DNA from: a virus | DNA length: 64,000 nt | Direction: 5' to 3' (one strand) | Virus record (IMG/VR): IMGVR_UViG_3300013233_000137 | Span: 5,053-69,052 of that record | Part shown: positions 1 through 8,788 of the stretch, piece by piece | How positions within the stretch are numbered: position 1 is the first letter of the stretch | Layout of the letters: every line of letters starts with the position of its first letter | Made by a program: the position numbers and the translations under genes | The notes under the pieces: model-generated | The model's database searches: none | What the model was told of the DNA's origin: nothing | The model's input: only the letters and a program-made list of their open reading frames with translations

Positions 1-89
1 GCCTGGAACTTTAGTCCAATAGCGGCCTCGATATCCACCTCAATAGGTACATTCCATTTCTTAATCATCATTTCTCCTGATTTGGTAAA

Positions 90-296
90 TCACTCTATCT
101 CAAAAATATTTTCCTGTGGAAAACACTTCAGCCAAACTTTCCCGAGCCTTTCATTGTATCTAAAAGCTGGACACCAGTTCCCGCACATAATCTTGCGGTT
201 CTTCTTATGAGGCTGGAATGGACACATGAAAGGTAAGTAACGCTCCTTTGCCAACATCGCTTTAGTCGCTTCATAATCATCGTCATATATTTTCAT
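90..296 (-). CDS. Small Cys-rich protein, paralog of 24589..24780
   Basis: Shares MCGNWCPxF...CxPQE with 24589..24780; its TGA stop lies in the palindrome at 78. Confidence 0.7.
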   Translation of the reverse strand: MKIYDDDYEATKAMLAKERYLPFMCPFQPHKKNRKIMCGNWCPAFRYNERLGKVWLKCFPQENIFEIE

Positions 297-721
297 CTCT
301 CAAACCTCACGGCTATGGGCCTCACGGCTTTATATCCCTCTTTCCAGTAGCAATGGTACATTCTGCGCCCTGGCTCAAAGTAACGCACCAACAGATTAGT
401 TACTTCACCATCCTTATACACATATCCGATGAGTTTGAACCTTGGGGCAATGTCAAGTCTCGACTTTTTGCCCTGATATGAAAATTGTGCTAGGCCATTC
501 CTCCATTCAATCGGACAATCCACGTAATCAGACTCCATCTCCGGCTCTTCAATTGTCCAGTCATTGAGCGTAAAATCACGGATGCAAACTCGTGTACCCT
601 CGTCTTTCCAGCGTAGTTGCCCCTCTAGGTAGACAACTGCTTCTTCCATTTCTCCATCATGAATATGCTTTATTATTTTACCATTATCTAACGCCTCATA
701 CGCCTCTGCTAATGTACTCAT
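293..721 (-). CDS. Hypothetical protein
   Basis: ORF; start moved to MSTLAE after an AGGAGA RBS; ATGA overlap with next gene. Confidence 0.65.
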   Translation of the reverse strand: MSTLAEAYEALDNGKIIKHIHDGEMEEAVVYLEGQLRWKDEGTRVCIRDFTLNDWTIEEPEMESDYVDCPIEWRNGLAQFSYQGKKSRLDIAPRFKLIGYVYKDGEVTNLLVRYFEPGRRMYHCYWKEGYKAVRPIAVRFER

Positions 722-755
722 TTCATTTCTCCTTGGCCATTGATTTAGTAAATCA

Positions 756-989
756 TTAATCCATATATCCAACACCCTCTTCCTGCTCAATCAGCATATA
801 CCAAGTTCCTTCACTGGCTACGCGTCCACCTCCCGCCAGTATCCACTTCCAAGGGTCACTGGTTCGAGGTACTATACCAGTAGCTTTGAGTTCTTTGACG
901 TTGGGTTTGTGACTCCATGCCGCAACAAAGTACTTTCCGAACTGGTCGTATTCGTTCTCTTCACGTAACAAGACCCAGAGTGTAGCCAT
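756..989 (-). CDS. Hypothetical protein
   Basis: 77-aa ORF in a tightly packed operon. Confidence 0.65.
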   Translation of the reverse strand: MATLWVLLREENEYDQFGKYFVAAWSHKPNVKELKATGIVPRTSDPWKWILAGGGRVASEGTWYMLIEQEEGVGYMD

Positions 990-990
990 T

Positions 991-1167
991 TCATTTATCC
1001 TTTCTCAACCTGTTCCAGATTTTGATTGCCTTTTTTGGCGTACTCCGAAAAGGACCACATAACGCACACTCAGCCTCGCGGCATCGTGCGTAATATGATG
1101 TATCAATACCGCCGATACATACCTCAGTGTATTTGGCCCCACACACCGGACACTTTTTAATCTTCAT
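991..1167 (-). CDS. Lar-like restriction-alleviation zinc-ribbon protein (58 aa, not in ORF track)
   Basis: Hand translation MKIKKCPVCG...RCREAECALCGPFRSTPKKAIKIWNRLRKDK fits the CPxCG...C..C...AxxxWNxR pattern; ATGA overlap with 1164..1415. Confidence 0.6.
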   Translation of the reverse strand: MKIKKCPVCGAKYTEVCIGGIDTSYYARCREAECALCGPFRSTPKKAIKIWNRLRKDK

Positions 1168-1415
1168 TTTTCATCCTCCTGCTCCACCTCAACGACACAA
1201 ACCTCGTTTTCCAGCTTAACAGTCTTGTATTTCTTGTCGGGATCAAGTTCAAAAACCGTGCATAAATCTTTCCAAAACTCTTCCCTCTGCTTTTCAATTT
1301 CGACAAGCCGATTGCTGTAATAGTCCATGGCTTGCATAAACACTCTCTGCGCTGCAAGTTTATCCCTGCCGACAGATTGCATCCAATCAATTTGCCTCGC
1401 TGATAATTTTTTCAT
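1164..1415 (-). CDS. Hypothetical protein
   Basis: 83-aa ORF with ATGA overlaps. Confidence 0.65.
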   Translation of the reverse strand: MKKLSARQIDWMQSVGRDKLAAQRVFMQAMDYYSNRLVEIEKQREEFWKDLCTVFELDPDKKYKTVKLENEVCVVEVEQEDEK

Positions 1416-1669
1416 CTCGCATCCTCCTCAATCTCCAAAACCCATCCTCTGGATTTCACCTGCGCCACAATGCCCCTCAGTATCGGGGATTGTCCATTTG
1501 ATCTCAACATGCCGTCGCGGTCCACCGGCGCCGTGGCGAATATTGCTTTGCCATCTGCATCGCGGATCAAATTAAATTTGCCCCTGTATAGCTCCCAGTG
1601 TACGGCGTCACCAGGCTTGCCGTGTGCCACTTGGGGCTGCTCAGGGTAGGTGTTTCTGATTATTTTCAT
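1412..1669 (-). CDS. Hypothetical protein
   Basis: ORF from MKIIRN, GGAGG RBS. Confidence 0.6.
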   Translation of the reverse strand: MKIIRNTYPEQPQVAHGKPGDAVHWELYRGKFNLIRDADGKAIFATAPVDRDGMLRSNGQSPILRGIVAQVKSRGWVLEIEEDAR

Positions 1670-2049
1670 CCTGCATCCTCCATAGCTTTGCTCAACCAAT
1701 CAGAACCATATTCCTGCTCCCAGCGTTCCTGAATTTCGGCGCGGCTGAAAGCCGATTCTTCCCATGTGTCACATTCAAAGTCGATCTTAATATTAAGCCA
1801 GACGCCTGTACTAACCCACGTCTCATGGCGCACTTTTGGCGCCCAAAGACAACAGCCCCAATTCGTATACCGATCCATTGCAATCCCCCACCAGTCAATA
1901 GGTATCCGCAACGGATTAACCAGCGGCACGATGCGCTTGAACAGGGGCTCTGCTTTGGTTTTGCTCGGGCAGTACACGCCGCTTTCATAATCATGCGTCC
2001 AACCGATAGGCGTTTTATGTATCGCCTCACCACAATGTTTACATATCAT
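1666..2049 (-). CDS. Hypothetical protein with N-terminal CxxC
   Basis: ORF from MICKHCG, AGGAGA RBS. Confidence 0.6.
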   Translation of the reverse strand: MICKHCGEAIHKTPIGWTHDYESGVYCPSKTKAEPLFKRIVPLVNPLRIPIDWWGIAMDRYTNWGCCLWAPKVRHETWVSTGVWLNIKIDFECDTWEESAFSRAEIQERWEQEYGSDWLSKAMEDAG

Positions 2050-2192
2050 TTCTTCTCCTAAAAAGCTCAGCGGCTGGCCGGGATTTCTCATTCAGCATAC
2101 TGCTTTTGTGAGCACCAAATCCACGGTAAATCCTCCATGCTGAATGTCGCAGCCGCCAAGCAAAGATTGATTTACTAAATCACTTATTCTCT

Positions 2193-2483
2193 TCACACAA
2201 AAGTAAGCCCCAGATTACTTAACATATGTTGATTTACTTTATGTGCAGATATAATTCTTTTGTAGAGGGACGTGGCCTTGTCAATCTCCTGGCTCTTAAA
2301 AAACTTATCCATAAGACAATCATCCATACCACGAACAACAACAAGATGACATCCATTTGGAAGATTTATATCACATCTAACCAAAACTTGTTTATTAGGA
2401 TAACACGGATACCAATCATCATCTGTATCTTTGAGCTGTTCATACTTGCAGTAAGCATTTTCTTTACAAATATCACATCTCAT
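2193..2483 (-). CDS. Hypothetical protein
   Basis: 96-aa ORF, AGGAGA RBS. Confidence 0.6.
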   Translation of the reverse strand: MRCDICKENAYCKYEQLKDTDDDWYPCYPNKQVLVRCDINLPNGCHLVVVRGMDDCLMDKFFKSQEIDKATSLYKRIISAHKVNQHMLSNLGLTFV

Positions 2484-2495
2484 TTCTGTTCTCCT

Positions 2496-3020
2496 TTACT
2501 TCAAAATCCGTGAACCAGGTAATTTGCCGGAAGGTTCACGTAACCATTCCAGAATGGCCTTCATAATTTGTCCAATAGCACTTGGACTAACACTATACTT
2601 TTTTGCGAGATCCTTCTTCTGGACGCCATGAATATGGTGCGCTACAACCAGCTCCTTATAAACAGGTGGCAATTGTCTAAGAAGGTACTCCACTTGATCC
2701 TTACATATTAGCTCCTTGACGAAGGACTCCGTAGCCCACCACTCTTCGACCTGGTCTAAAGCCACAGGCTCATTAGTTGTATCCTGACGGGTCTTGAGAT
2801 GCCAACGTATGTAGTCGGTGAACGCCCCCATTATAGCTGGAGCACAGAATGTAGTGAACTTGACCCTACGCCCTTCATCGAAGTTCCTTGAACATCTAAA
2901 CATGGCGTAACGACCTTCGGCCTCTAGCTCCACGGCCAAATACCTATAATTCTCATGGTCCTTCAGGTAACGTATCAGAAGTATTTCAACGAAGTTTAGA
3001 TGCTCAGAGGTCAGTAGCAT
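2496..3020 (-). CDS. Sigma-70 family sigma factor-like protein
   Basis: Region-2-like AEGRYAM...NFDEGRRVKFTTF...IMGAFTDYIR; region-4 HTH KKDLAKKYSVSPSAIGQI. Confidence 0.8.
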   Translation of the reverse strand: MLLTSEHLNFVEILLIRYLKDHENYRYLAVELEAEGRYAMFRCSRNFDEGRRVKFTTFCAPAIMGAFTDYIRWHLKTRQDTTNEPVALDQVEEWWATESFVKELICKDQVEYLLRQLPPVYKELVVAHHIHGVQKKDLAKKYSVSPSAIGQIMKAILEWLREPSGKLPGSRILK

Positions 3021-3807
3021 TAGGTGGTAGCTCCTGATTTAGTAAATCAATATAGCAAGAGATAAACAGGGCAGCTACTTGTGGCACTATAGCATTGCCG
3101 TATGCAGCAATTTCAGATGAATATCTGGGTACCCCATAAGCCACTGGATGAAGGCCGGATTTAGTTGGGCGGAGTTTTCCATCTCGACATTTAAGCCAGT
3201 CACAATTATACCAAGAATTTGGCGTGGAAGGGAGTCTAATCTTTTTTGCTTTATCCAATAACTGGTATTTATATTGTCCTTCCAATCTCTTGCACAAGGA
3301 GTTATCCATCCTTTCAGCAATAAACCAGAGTCTGGATCTTTTATGTGGCGCTCCGATACTTGCAGCGCATATATCCACCGCCGCAATGGCGTAGCCTTCA
3401 TCTTCCAAGTTAGTCGATACAATATCGAACCATGCGAGCCCACCCTTCGACGCAACTTGCTCGCCAAAGATGATTGGAGGTAAGCACTTCTTGATGAGAT
3501 CGTACCAGATAGGCCACAAGTGTCTTTCATCTTTAACTCCTTTCCTTTTTCCTGCCCTACTAAAAGGTTGACAAGGGCAAGAACCTGTCCATACCGGGAT
3601 ATTTGGCCAGTTAGCCATTCGTAATGCTATACTCCACCCTCCTATTCCAGCGAAAAAATGACATTGCTCATAATGGATTAAATCTTTAGCTTTGACATCT
3701 AATATACTTCTATTATCTATTACGCCTGGTTTGATAACATTAGCTTGAGCAAGATACCGTAAAGCTGCTGAACATTTGAGGTTGTTCTCATTGTAATATG
3801 CTGCCAT
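3004..3807 (-). CDS. C5 cytosine DNA methyltransferase (alpha polypeptide)
   Basis: Motif I FFAGIGG, IV GSCPCQPFS, VI GEQV, VIII PHKRSR, X GNAIVP. Confidence 0.92.
   Translation of the reverse strand: MAAYYNENNLKCSAALRYLAQANVIKPGVIDNRSILDVKAKDLIHYEQCHFFAGIGGWSIALRMANWPNIPVWTGSCPCQPFSRAGKRKGVKDERHLWPIWYDLIKKCLPPIIFGEQVASKGGLAWFDIVSTNLEDEGYAIAAVDICAASIGAPHKRSRLWFIAERMDNSLCKRLEGQYKYQLLDKAKKIRLPSTPNSWYNCDWLKCRDGKLRPTKSGLHPVAYGVPRYSSEIAAYGNAIVPQVAALFISCYIDLLNQELPPNATDL
3087..3530 (-). CDS. Nested alternative-frame ORF, candidate methyltransferase beta polypeptide
   Basis: WITPCARDWKD and motif-IX-like QLNPAFIQWLMGYP; true start uncertain. Confidence 0.6.
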   Translation of the reverse strand: MKDTCGLSGTISSRSAYLQSSLASKLRRRVGSHGSILYRLTWKMKATPLRRWIYALQVSERHIKDPDSGLLLKGWITPCARDWKDNINTSYWIKQKRLDSLPRQILGIIVTGLNVEMENSAQLNPAFIQWLMGYPDIHLKLLHTAML

Positions 3808-4054
3808 GGCTCTCCAATTCCTGATTTAGTAAATCAATAATTGCCATAAGGTCCTCATCCTTGCCTTCGGCAAGGCCATGTCGCGTCTCCCTGATCAATG
3901 TTTTGATACTAAGGATATTGCATTCATCTTCGGCTTCCGCGAGATGACCAACAGCTACCCACTTATGAAGTGGGTAGCCTTTCGGAACCTCGCAAAGTAG
4001 CACAAGGGCTTGGGCAACGTGCTTCAAGGCACATTCCAAACAGTGTTTTCTCAT
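3788..4054 (-). CDS. Hypothetical protein
   Basis: ORF from MRKHCLEC, GGAGG RBS. Confidence 0.6.
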   Translation of the reverse strand: MRKHCLECALKHVAQALVLLCEVPKGYPLHKWVAVGHLAEAEDECNILSIKTLIRETRHGLAEGKDEDLMAIIDLLNQELESHGSILQ

Positions 4055-4284
4055 TGGGGCCTCCAATTGTATGTACTATCACATTCATCACAGAGCCAAT
4101 AGTCAGCATGCCATGGCTCCAATATTCCTTTCTTGCAATGTGGGCATGTTGGTGGTAGATATGACACTCGGATCTCGGAAGTTCCCAAAGATACTGCACC
4201 ATAATACTTCTCCACCTTGAACCGATGAAGCCGTAATTTCTTGTCCCCACATATGAGAGTTACATAACCATCGTCATCATACAT
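4051..4284 (-). CDS. Zinc-ribbon protein
   Basis: CPHC...CDEC. Confidence 0.55.
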   Translation of the reverse strand: MYDDDGYVTLICGDKKLRLHRFKVEKYYGAVSLGTSEIRVSYLPPTCPHCKKGILEPWHADYWLCDECDSTYNWRPQ

Positions 4285-4507
4285 ACCACTCCTCCCACAA
4301 TTCCGCCATCTCTCTACGGATCTTGGCATTCCATAGCTCCTTGATATCCCTCTGCATAGCCAAGGACTCCTCGTAGTCAGCCGGTTGTTCATATGGCCAA
4401 AGACCTAAGAGCATGCCCAATAGTACGATGTCCAACATGGCATTACCGTCAGGTGGCTCCACGTAATCAATATCTGGTAATTCCAATTCTCCCCAGTCTA
4501 GGTCCAT
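4277..4507 (-). CDS. Hypothetical acidic protein
   Basis: ORF overlapping its neighbours. Confidence 0.55.
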   Translation of the reverse strand: MDLDWGELELPDIDYVEPPDGNAMLDIVLLGMLLGLWPYEQPADYEESLAMQRDIKELWNAKIRREMAELWEEWYV

Positions 4508-4935
4508 GGTGCAATAACTCCTACAAAACCACCATTCTTATACAACTTAATAGCCTTGCCCTTGCCCATATACATGGGGGCGAAGGGTTTTACAGCACTT
4601 CGATACTTCTTATCGATCTTGACCTTAACCCGGAATGCAGTAACCCAGGTATCAAGTCCATTTCGTGTGCCACTGTATGTGAGGGCTTCTCCAGGGCCTT
4701 CTCCTCTTACTGCACCAATAGCATCTCCAATACTCAGAATCTCATTACGATAATCAAGGGGTTCGTCCTTGATGATGTTGATAACTTGCCTAGCCAGCAG
4801 TAACTTATTGAGTCGTACAGAGTTGAAGCAGAAGTTCTTCTTGAAGAACCTACGGATGAAGGCCCAATGACCATTGGTCACCCAGGTATCATCCATTTGA
4901 ATGCAGTCGCTCGCTCCATATCCTATCCTGATCAT
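4498..4935 (-). CDS. Hypothetical protein
   Basis: 145-aa ORF, AGGAGA RBS. Confidence 0.65.
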   Translation of the reverse strand: MIRIGYGASDCIQMDDTWVTNGHWAFIRRFFKKNFCFNSVRLNKLLLARQVINIIKDEPLDYRNEILSIGDAIGAVRGEGPGEALTYSGTRNGLDTWVTAFRVKVKIDKKYRSAVKPFAPMYMGKGKAIKLYKNGGFVGVIAPWT

Positions 4936-4947
4936 GATTGTTCTCCT

Positions 4948-4999
4948 TGGCCTTGGCCTTGGCCTCGGCCTTGGCCTCGGCCTTTGATTTAGTAAATTA
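4948..4999. repeat. (T[T/C]GGCC)n microrepeat ending in a palindrome variant
   Basis: tggccttggccttggcctcggccttggcctcggcctttgatttagtaaatta. Confidence 0.85.
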
Positions 5000-5010
5000 A
5001 ATTAGATCGA

Positions 5011-5502
5011 CTAAAGTCTCATAAGTACCTCGCCCTCTGGTAATGGGCAGTTCTTTATCCATACCATATTCTCTTTCACTTTCCAACCTTGGGTGTTGAC
5101 CCCGTCCAAATTAACTCCTTGGAAGACGTTAAGTCGAAGGGATTTATTTGCCTGTGGATGCAGCAAGAGTATATTTTGTAGACTTATATAAGGCCCTACA
5201 TCTCGCTGCTCGTGTAATGTCAAGGTCACACCATCGAGGAGACTAAGAACCGCTAAAAAAGCCAGATACTCATCACATTTAGCCGAGTACATTATGACCT
5301 TGGCACTTGTCTCTTTTCTTATTTTGCAGATGGTACTGATGACCCATTTTTGCCTTAGCATTGGCTCCCCACCGGTTAGGTAGATTTCACTATAACCCTC
5401 ATAGCTATCAATAATAGGAAGGGAAGAGAGGTCCCAATCTTTATTGCAGCATCCAGCGCAATTCCTATTACATAGTTCAAACATCAAGAGTCGAAGTTTC
5501 AT
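5011..5502 (-). CDS. Radical SAM protein
   Basis: CNRNCAGC (CxxxCxxC) and LTGGEP. Confidence 0.85.
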   Translation of the reverse strand: MKLRLLMFELCNRNCAGCCNKDWDLSSLPIIDSYEGYSEIYLTGGEPMLRQKWVISTICKIRKETSAKVIMYSAKCDEYLAFLAVLSLLDGVTLTLHEQRDVGPYISLQNILLLHPQANKSLRLNVFQGVNLDGVNTQGWKVKENMVWIKNCPLPEGEVLMRL

Positions 5503-5520
5503 TTTGAACTCCTCGGCCTT

Positions 5521-5615
5521 GGCCATTGATTTGGCCTACGGCCTTTGATTTGGCCCATGGCCTTTGATTTGACCTCGGCCTTTGATTTGACCTCGGCCTT
5601 TGATTTAGTAAATCA
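5521..5615. repeat. Half-site array: TGATTT at 5527, 5546, 5565, 5583, then full palindrome at 5601
   Basis: 18-19-bp units such as GGCCTTTGATTTGACCTC. Confidence 0.9.
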
Positions 5616-5666
5616 CTCAATATAAGTACCGTAAACAGTGATACCCTTTCCTGTTAGTATTAGTTC

Positions 5667-5840
5667 CTAGGTGGCTCTGTCGCCCTTCTTAAGCATCTGC
5701 CAAACACGGCCATAGTAGCCGTGGTCGATCCACCGTTGGATCTTGCGATACATGTACCAGCTAACATCCTCGTACCGATATATCTTGTCATTTGCCAGGA
5801 TTTTCAGCTCCCCGTAATCGTTCCACATCAGTACTCGCAT
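5667..5840 (-). CDS. Hypothetical protein
   Basis: ORF with AGGAGG RBS. Confidence 0.55.
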   Translation of the reverse strand: MRVLMWNDYGELKILANDKIYRYEDVSWYMYRKIQRWIDHGYYGRVWQMLKKGDRAT

Positions 5841-5851
5841 GGCTCCTCCTT

Positions 5852-6076
5852 TCAATCCATAGCATCCATTAAAAGATTTATTTGCCTTTGGGACATTACG
5901 AGTAACTCATCGCATATTTCTTCCGCTTCTTTGTCCTTGTTTTTAATACTAACTTCCCTGCAAAACTTTATTGTATGTTTTTCTGGATTGCCATCTAAAA
6001 AGCAATGTAAACTTGGATGGCTATCTCTTTGAGTTTTAAGCTCATAAGCAAGTAATCTTTTTAATATAGAGGTCAT
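5852..6076 (-). CDS. Hypothetical protein
   Basis: ORF with ATGA overlap. Confidence 0.55.
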   Translation of the reverse strand: MTSILKRLLAYELKTQRDSHPSLHCFLDGNPEKHTIKFCREVSIKNKDKEAEEICDELLVMSQRQINLLMDAMD

Positions 6077-6462
6077 TGTGATCTTTTCTCCTTAGGGCGG
6101 CTCTGCCTCCTCTCAATATGCGTCTTACCCCAAACCCGTAGATTCTTGAGGTCCCCATCGACCAACTCCCCTGTACCCTTTTGACCTGTTACCTTGGTTA
6201 CTATCCCTTCACCGTAGTAGAAGATCGTGGGGTTGTCGAGCTCCACTCCTTGGCCATCATCACTACGGGCTTCGTCGGCGAATATCTCGCAAACCAATTT
6301 GCCCCGGAATACCGGGATACGTAACTTGGATACATTCCAAGTGACAGTTGGCTTCCCCCGTCTTGGGACGGTGATGTGAACCTTGTCTACTTGCTTACAG
6401 GAAAGTAGATATGCACACCATAGCAGTAGGGCTATGAGAACTGCAATTAAGGCCTTAGTCAT
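6073..6462 (-). CDS. Membrane-anchored or exported protein, possibly LptC-like
   Basis: N-terminal hydrophobic helix followed by a beta-rich IFADEA...LDNPTIFYY...VTGQKG...LRVWG segment. Confidence 0.5.
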   Translation of the reverse strand: MTKALIAVLIALLLWCAYLLSCKQVDKVHITVPRRGKPTVTWNVSKLRIPVFRGKLVCEIFADEARSDDGQGVELDNPTIFYYGEGIVTKVTGQKGTGELVDGDLKNLRVWGKTHIERRQSRPKEKRSQ

Positions 6463-6588
6463 AGTCTCCTTCCTCTAGGCCGAAGAATCTGGCGGCCTTC
6501 GTCATCAAACAGAATCCCCACCTTCCGTACTTTGCCTTTGGAATCCGGTACAAGCTTCGTGGTCGGGCACAATTTGTTCATTGGTTTA

Positions 6589-6840
6589 TTATTCATTCCA
6601 TCCCTCCAAAATATCGACAAATTCTGAGACCGTATAGACCTCATCCAAGACCGAACCAACCATGAATCGGACCCTACCCGTACCACATAAATGGACTGAG
6701 ACAGGGTCATGCTCATCTACTTTCCCCAGTATAGCCACTACATACTCCAAGCATTCTCTCATTTTCTGCTTGTCATAGGTTATGGTCACCTTATTCTCCT
6801 TTTTAATTGAATACACGTTTGAGCATCTTCCTCTTGCCAT
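6589..6840 (-). CDS. Hypothetical protein
   Basis: 83-aa ORF. Confidence 0.5.
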   Translation of the reverse strand: MARGRCSNVYSIKKENKVTITYDKQKMRECLEYVVAILGKVDEHDPVSVHLCGTGRVRFMVGSVLDEVYTVSEFVDILEGWNE

Positions 6841-6979
6841 TTACTTCTTGCCAAACAGTTCCCCGCCAAAGGTTGATACCCCTGGCATGGTAGAAATTAC
6901 TTGTCACTGTCTTGAAGCGCTTACCATCCCTATCTATACCTGTTATGACGTAGCTCACCATGTTCTCCTCTATTCTGTC

Positions 6980-7210
6980 TTAGGATTTAGCTTGTGAGCG
7001 ATGAGTAAAAGTCGAAATGATCACATAACTAGGGAGTAAATCTTTCTCCTTTCTGCAACATCTGGGTCTCTTGCAGTTTTTTATTATTTTAATTTTATGT
7101 CCAATATCCCTTCCATTGACTATTTTACTGCCAACCTTTCTTAATCCCAAACAATCACAATCAAATTCTAATATCTCCATCTCAGTTTTTATAAGATCTT
7201 TTATCACCAT
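6980..7210 (-). CDS. Hypothetical protein
   Basis: ORF with AGGAGA RBS. Confidence 0.5.
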   Translation of the reverse strand: MVIKDLIKTEMEILEFDCDCLGLRKVGSKIVNGRDIGHKIKIIKNCKRPRCCRKEKDLLPSYVIISTFTHRSQAKS

Positions 7211-7446
7211 GTTCTCCTTATCGCAATTTCTCCTGAATGAAATTGACTTACTAAATCAAATTCTTCTTGATACTCACAGATTACAGCTGGGAGCCCTGTA
7301 TCTGGACCACTGAAATACCTGGCCAAATATCCCATGCCATCAACACTACTACCGTCGATAGCCGTGAACTCAATATCCTGGCTCTCCAAGACCTCTTTCA
7401 ACTCCTGACAAGCTCCACACATTGCTCTGGTTATTATCGTCATCAT
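7204..7446 (-). CDS. Glutaredoxin/NrdH-like protein
   Basis: TRAMCGACQELKEVL (CxxC) and cis-Pro-like LPAVI; 80 aa. Confidence 0.75.
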   Translation of the reverse strand: MMTIITRAMCGACQELKEVLESQDIEFTAIDGSSVDGMGYLARYFSGPDTGLPAVICEYQEEFDLVSQFHSGEIAIRRTW

Positions 7447-8174
7447 AGTCCTCCTTGCAGATAAGAACAGATCAGCTCACAAATCGGTGTATACTCTATA
7501 ACCGGGTCCCCACGCCTGAAGTACATCTTGTTCGGCCTATTCTTGGCAGGCCAAGATCCTGGTGCTCTTTGACTGAAGGCCACTGGGTTGGTGGTCTTCT
7601 GTACTTCTCCTCCACTCATCTTCGGCCCAGGAAAGTTGCCCTCCCACTTCTCGCCATATATCCAGAGATAGAAGGGGTTATCATAGGCCAACCATTTCAT
7701 AGAGGCCGGTGGACGCTTCCTCAGAACCATATAGGCCATGAATATGCTATTCATATGTTGATTTAGTAAATCAAACCTGTTCAACCAGCCGAATAGCCAA
7801 CCAAACTTCACCATGAACTCCGCTTGTGGTATTGGATTGAAGGGTAGAGGCAGCTCTGTATACTCACTGGCCCACCATAGTGCCGCCGGTCCAGCAAAGG
7901 ACTGCTTCTTACGTTTTATCCACCATCCGTCACAGGGCTCCCAGTCAGGACCAACTTGAATAGGGGCGAAGTTCCTGGCCTCATCACTAAGCTCAAGGAG
8001 CTGGGTTATCCACTTCTTTGAAGCTGACCAAACTACTTTATCCCCTACTATATGTGCAGCTCCACATAGCATTGAGATGTGGAATAAGCCGTCGATATAG
8101 TTAGAATACCTGAAGGGTATCACCTGACTATATCCGGTCTTGAAACTGCTTAGAACCTTTTCCCTAATACTCAT
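7443..8174 (-). CDS. Hypothetical protein
   Basis: 243-aa Trp-rich ORF with ATGA overlaps. Confidence 0.7.
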   Translation of the reverse strand: MSIREKVLSSFKTGYSQVIPFRYSNYIDGLFHISMLCGAAHIVGDKVVWSASKKWITQLLELSDEARNFAPIQVGPDWEPCDGWWIKRKKQSFAGPAALWWASEYTELPLPFNPIPQAEFMVKFGWLFGWLNRFDLLNQHMNSIFMAYMVLRKRPPASMKWLAYDNPFYLWIYGEKWEGNFPGPKMSGGEVQKTTNPVAFSQRAPGSWPAKNRPNKMYFRRGDPVIEYTPICELICSYLQGGL

Positions 8175-8683
8175 GGTGCCCTTTCCATATCAAAAGGAAA
8201 ACGTCTACGAATAGCTTCTATCTCCTTCGCTGTGAAGATGTGCTTACGCTTGGCCGCAGTGATGTTGAGATGTGGTAACTTATAGTGAGTAACATCGAGG
8301 CACTCAAGTAGAATGTCAAAGTCTCGTTGGAAATGGTAGTAGTTAATAAGCTGTATACAATCCTCCAAATGGAAATGTATACGATCCTGGAAATAGGTAT
8401 GCCGATATTGATTTATGAAATCAAGCATACCATATCGCCACCATTCACGATTCAAGTAATACCAGGACGTTATCACGTCGAAGATACATCGAGTATTGGA
8501 TACGATGATCTCCCCTCCTATAATGGCCTTCTGGACTTCTTCACTACCATATCTAATATGGTGTTCCTCCGTTACGATGGCTTCGGGGTAGATATCATTG
8601 AGAGCCGTTTGAACGGATGTCGAGCCTGTGCGCGGTGTACAGAGGTAGACCACTTTCCCTGGGACAATCAGTGCCATTGGCAT
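8171..8683 (-). CDS. Sulfotransferase-family protein
   Basis: PAPS 5'-PSB-like TPRTGSTSV and 3'-PB-like RCIFDVITSWY. Confidence 0.7.
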   Translation of the reverse strand: MPMALIVPGKVVYLCTPRTGSTSVQTALNDIYPEAIVTEEHHIRYGSEEVQKAIIGGEIIVSNTRCIFDVITSWYYLNREWWRYGMLDFINQYRHTYFQDRIHFHLEDCIQLINYYHFQRDFDILLECLDVTHYKLPHLNITAAKRKHIFTAKEIEAIRRRFPFDMERAP

Positions 8684-8788
8684 CTCCTACATAGACCAGA
8701 ATATTGGAACTCCTCCACCTCTTCGGAGTTACGGAAGCTTGAGATCTTTACCCAGCTTCCACATTTCACACATGGTTTACCTTTGTCC

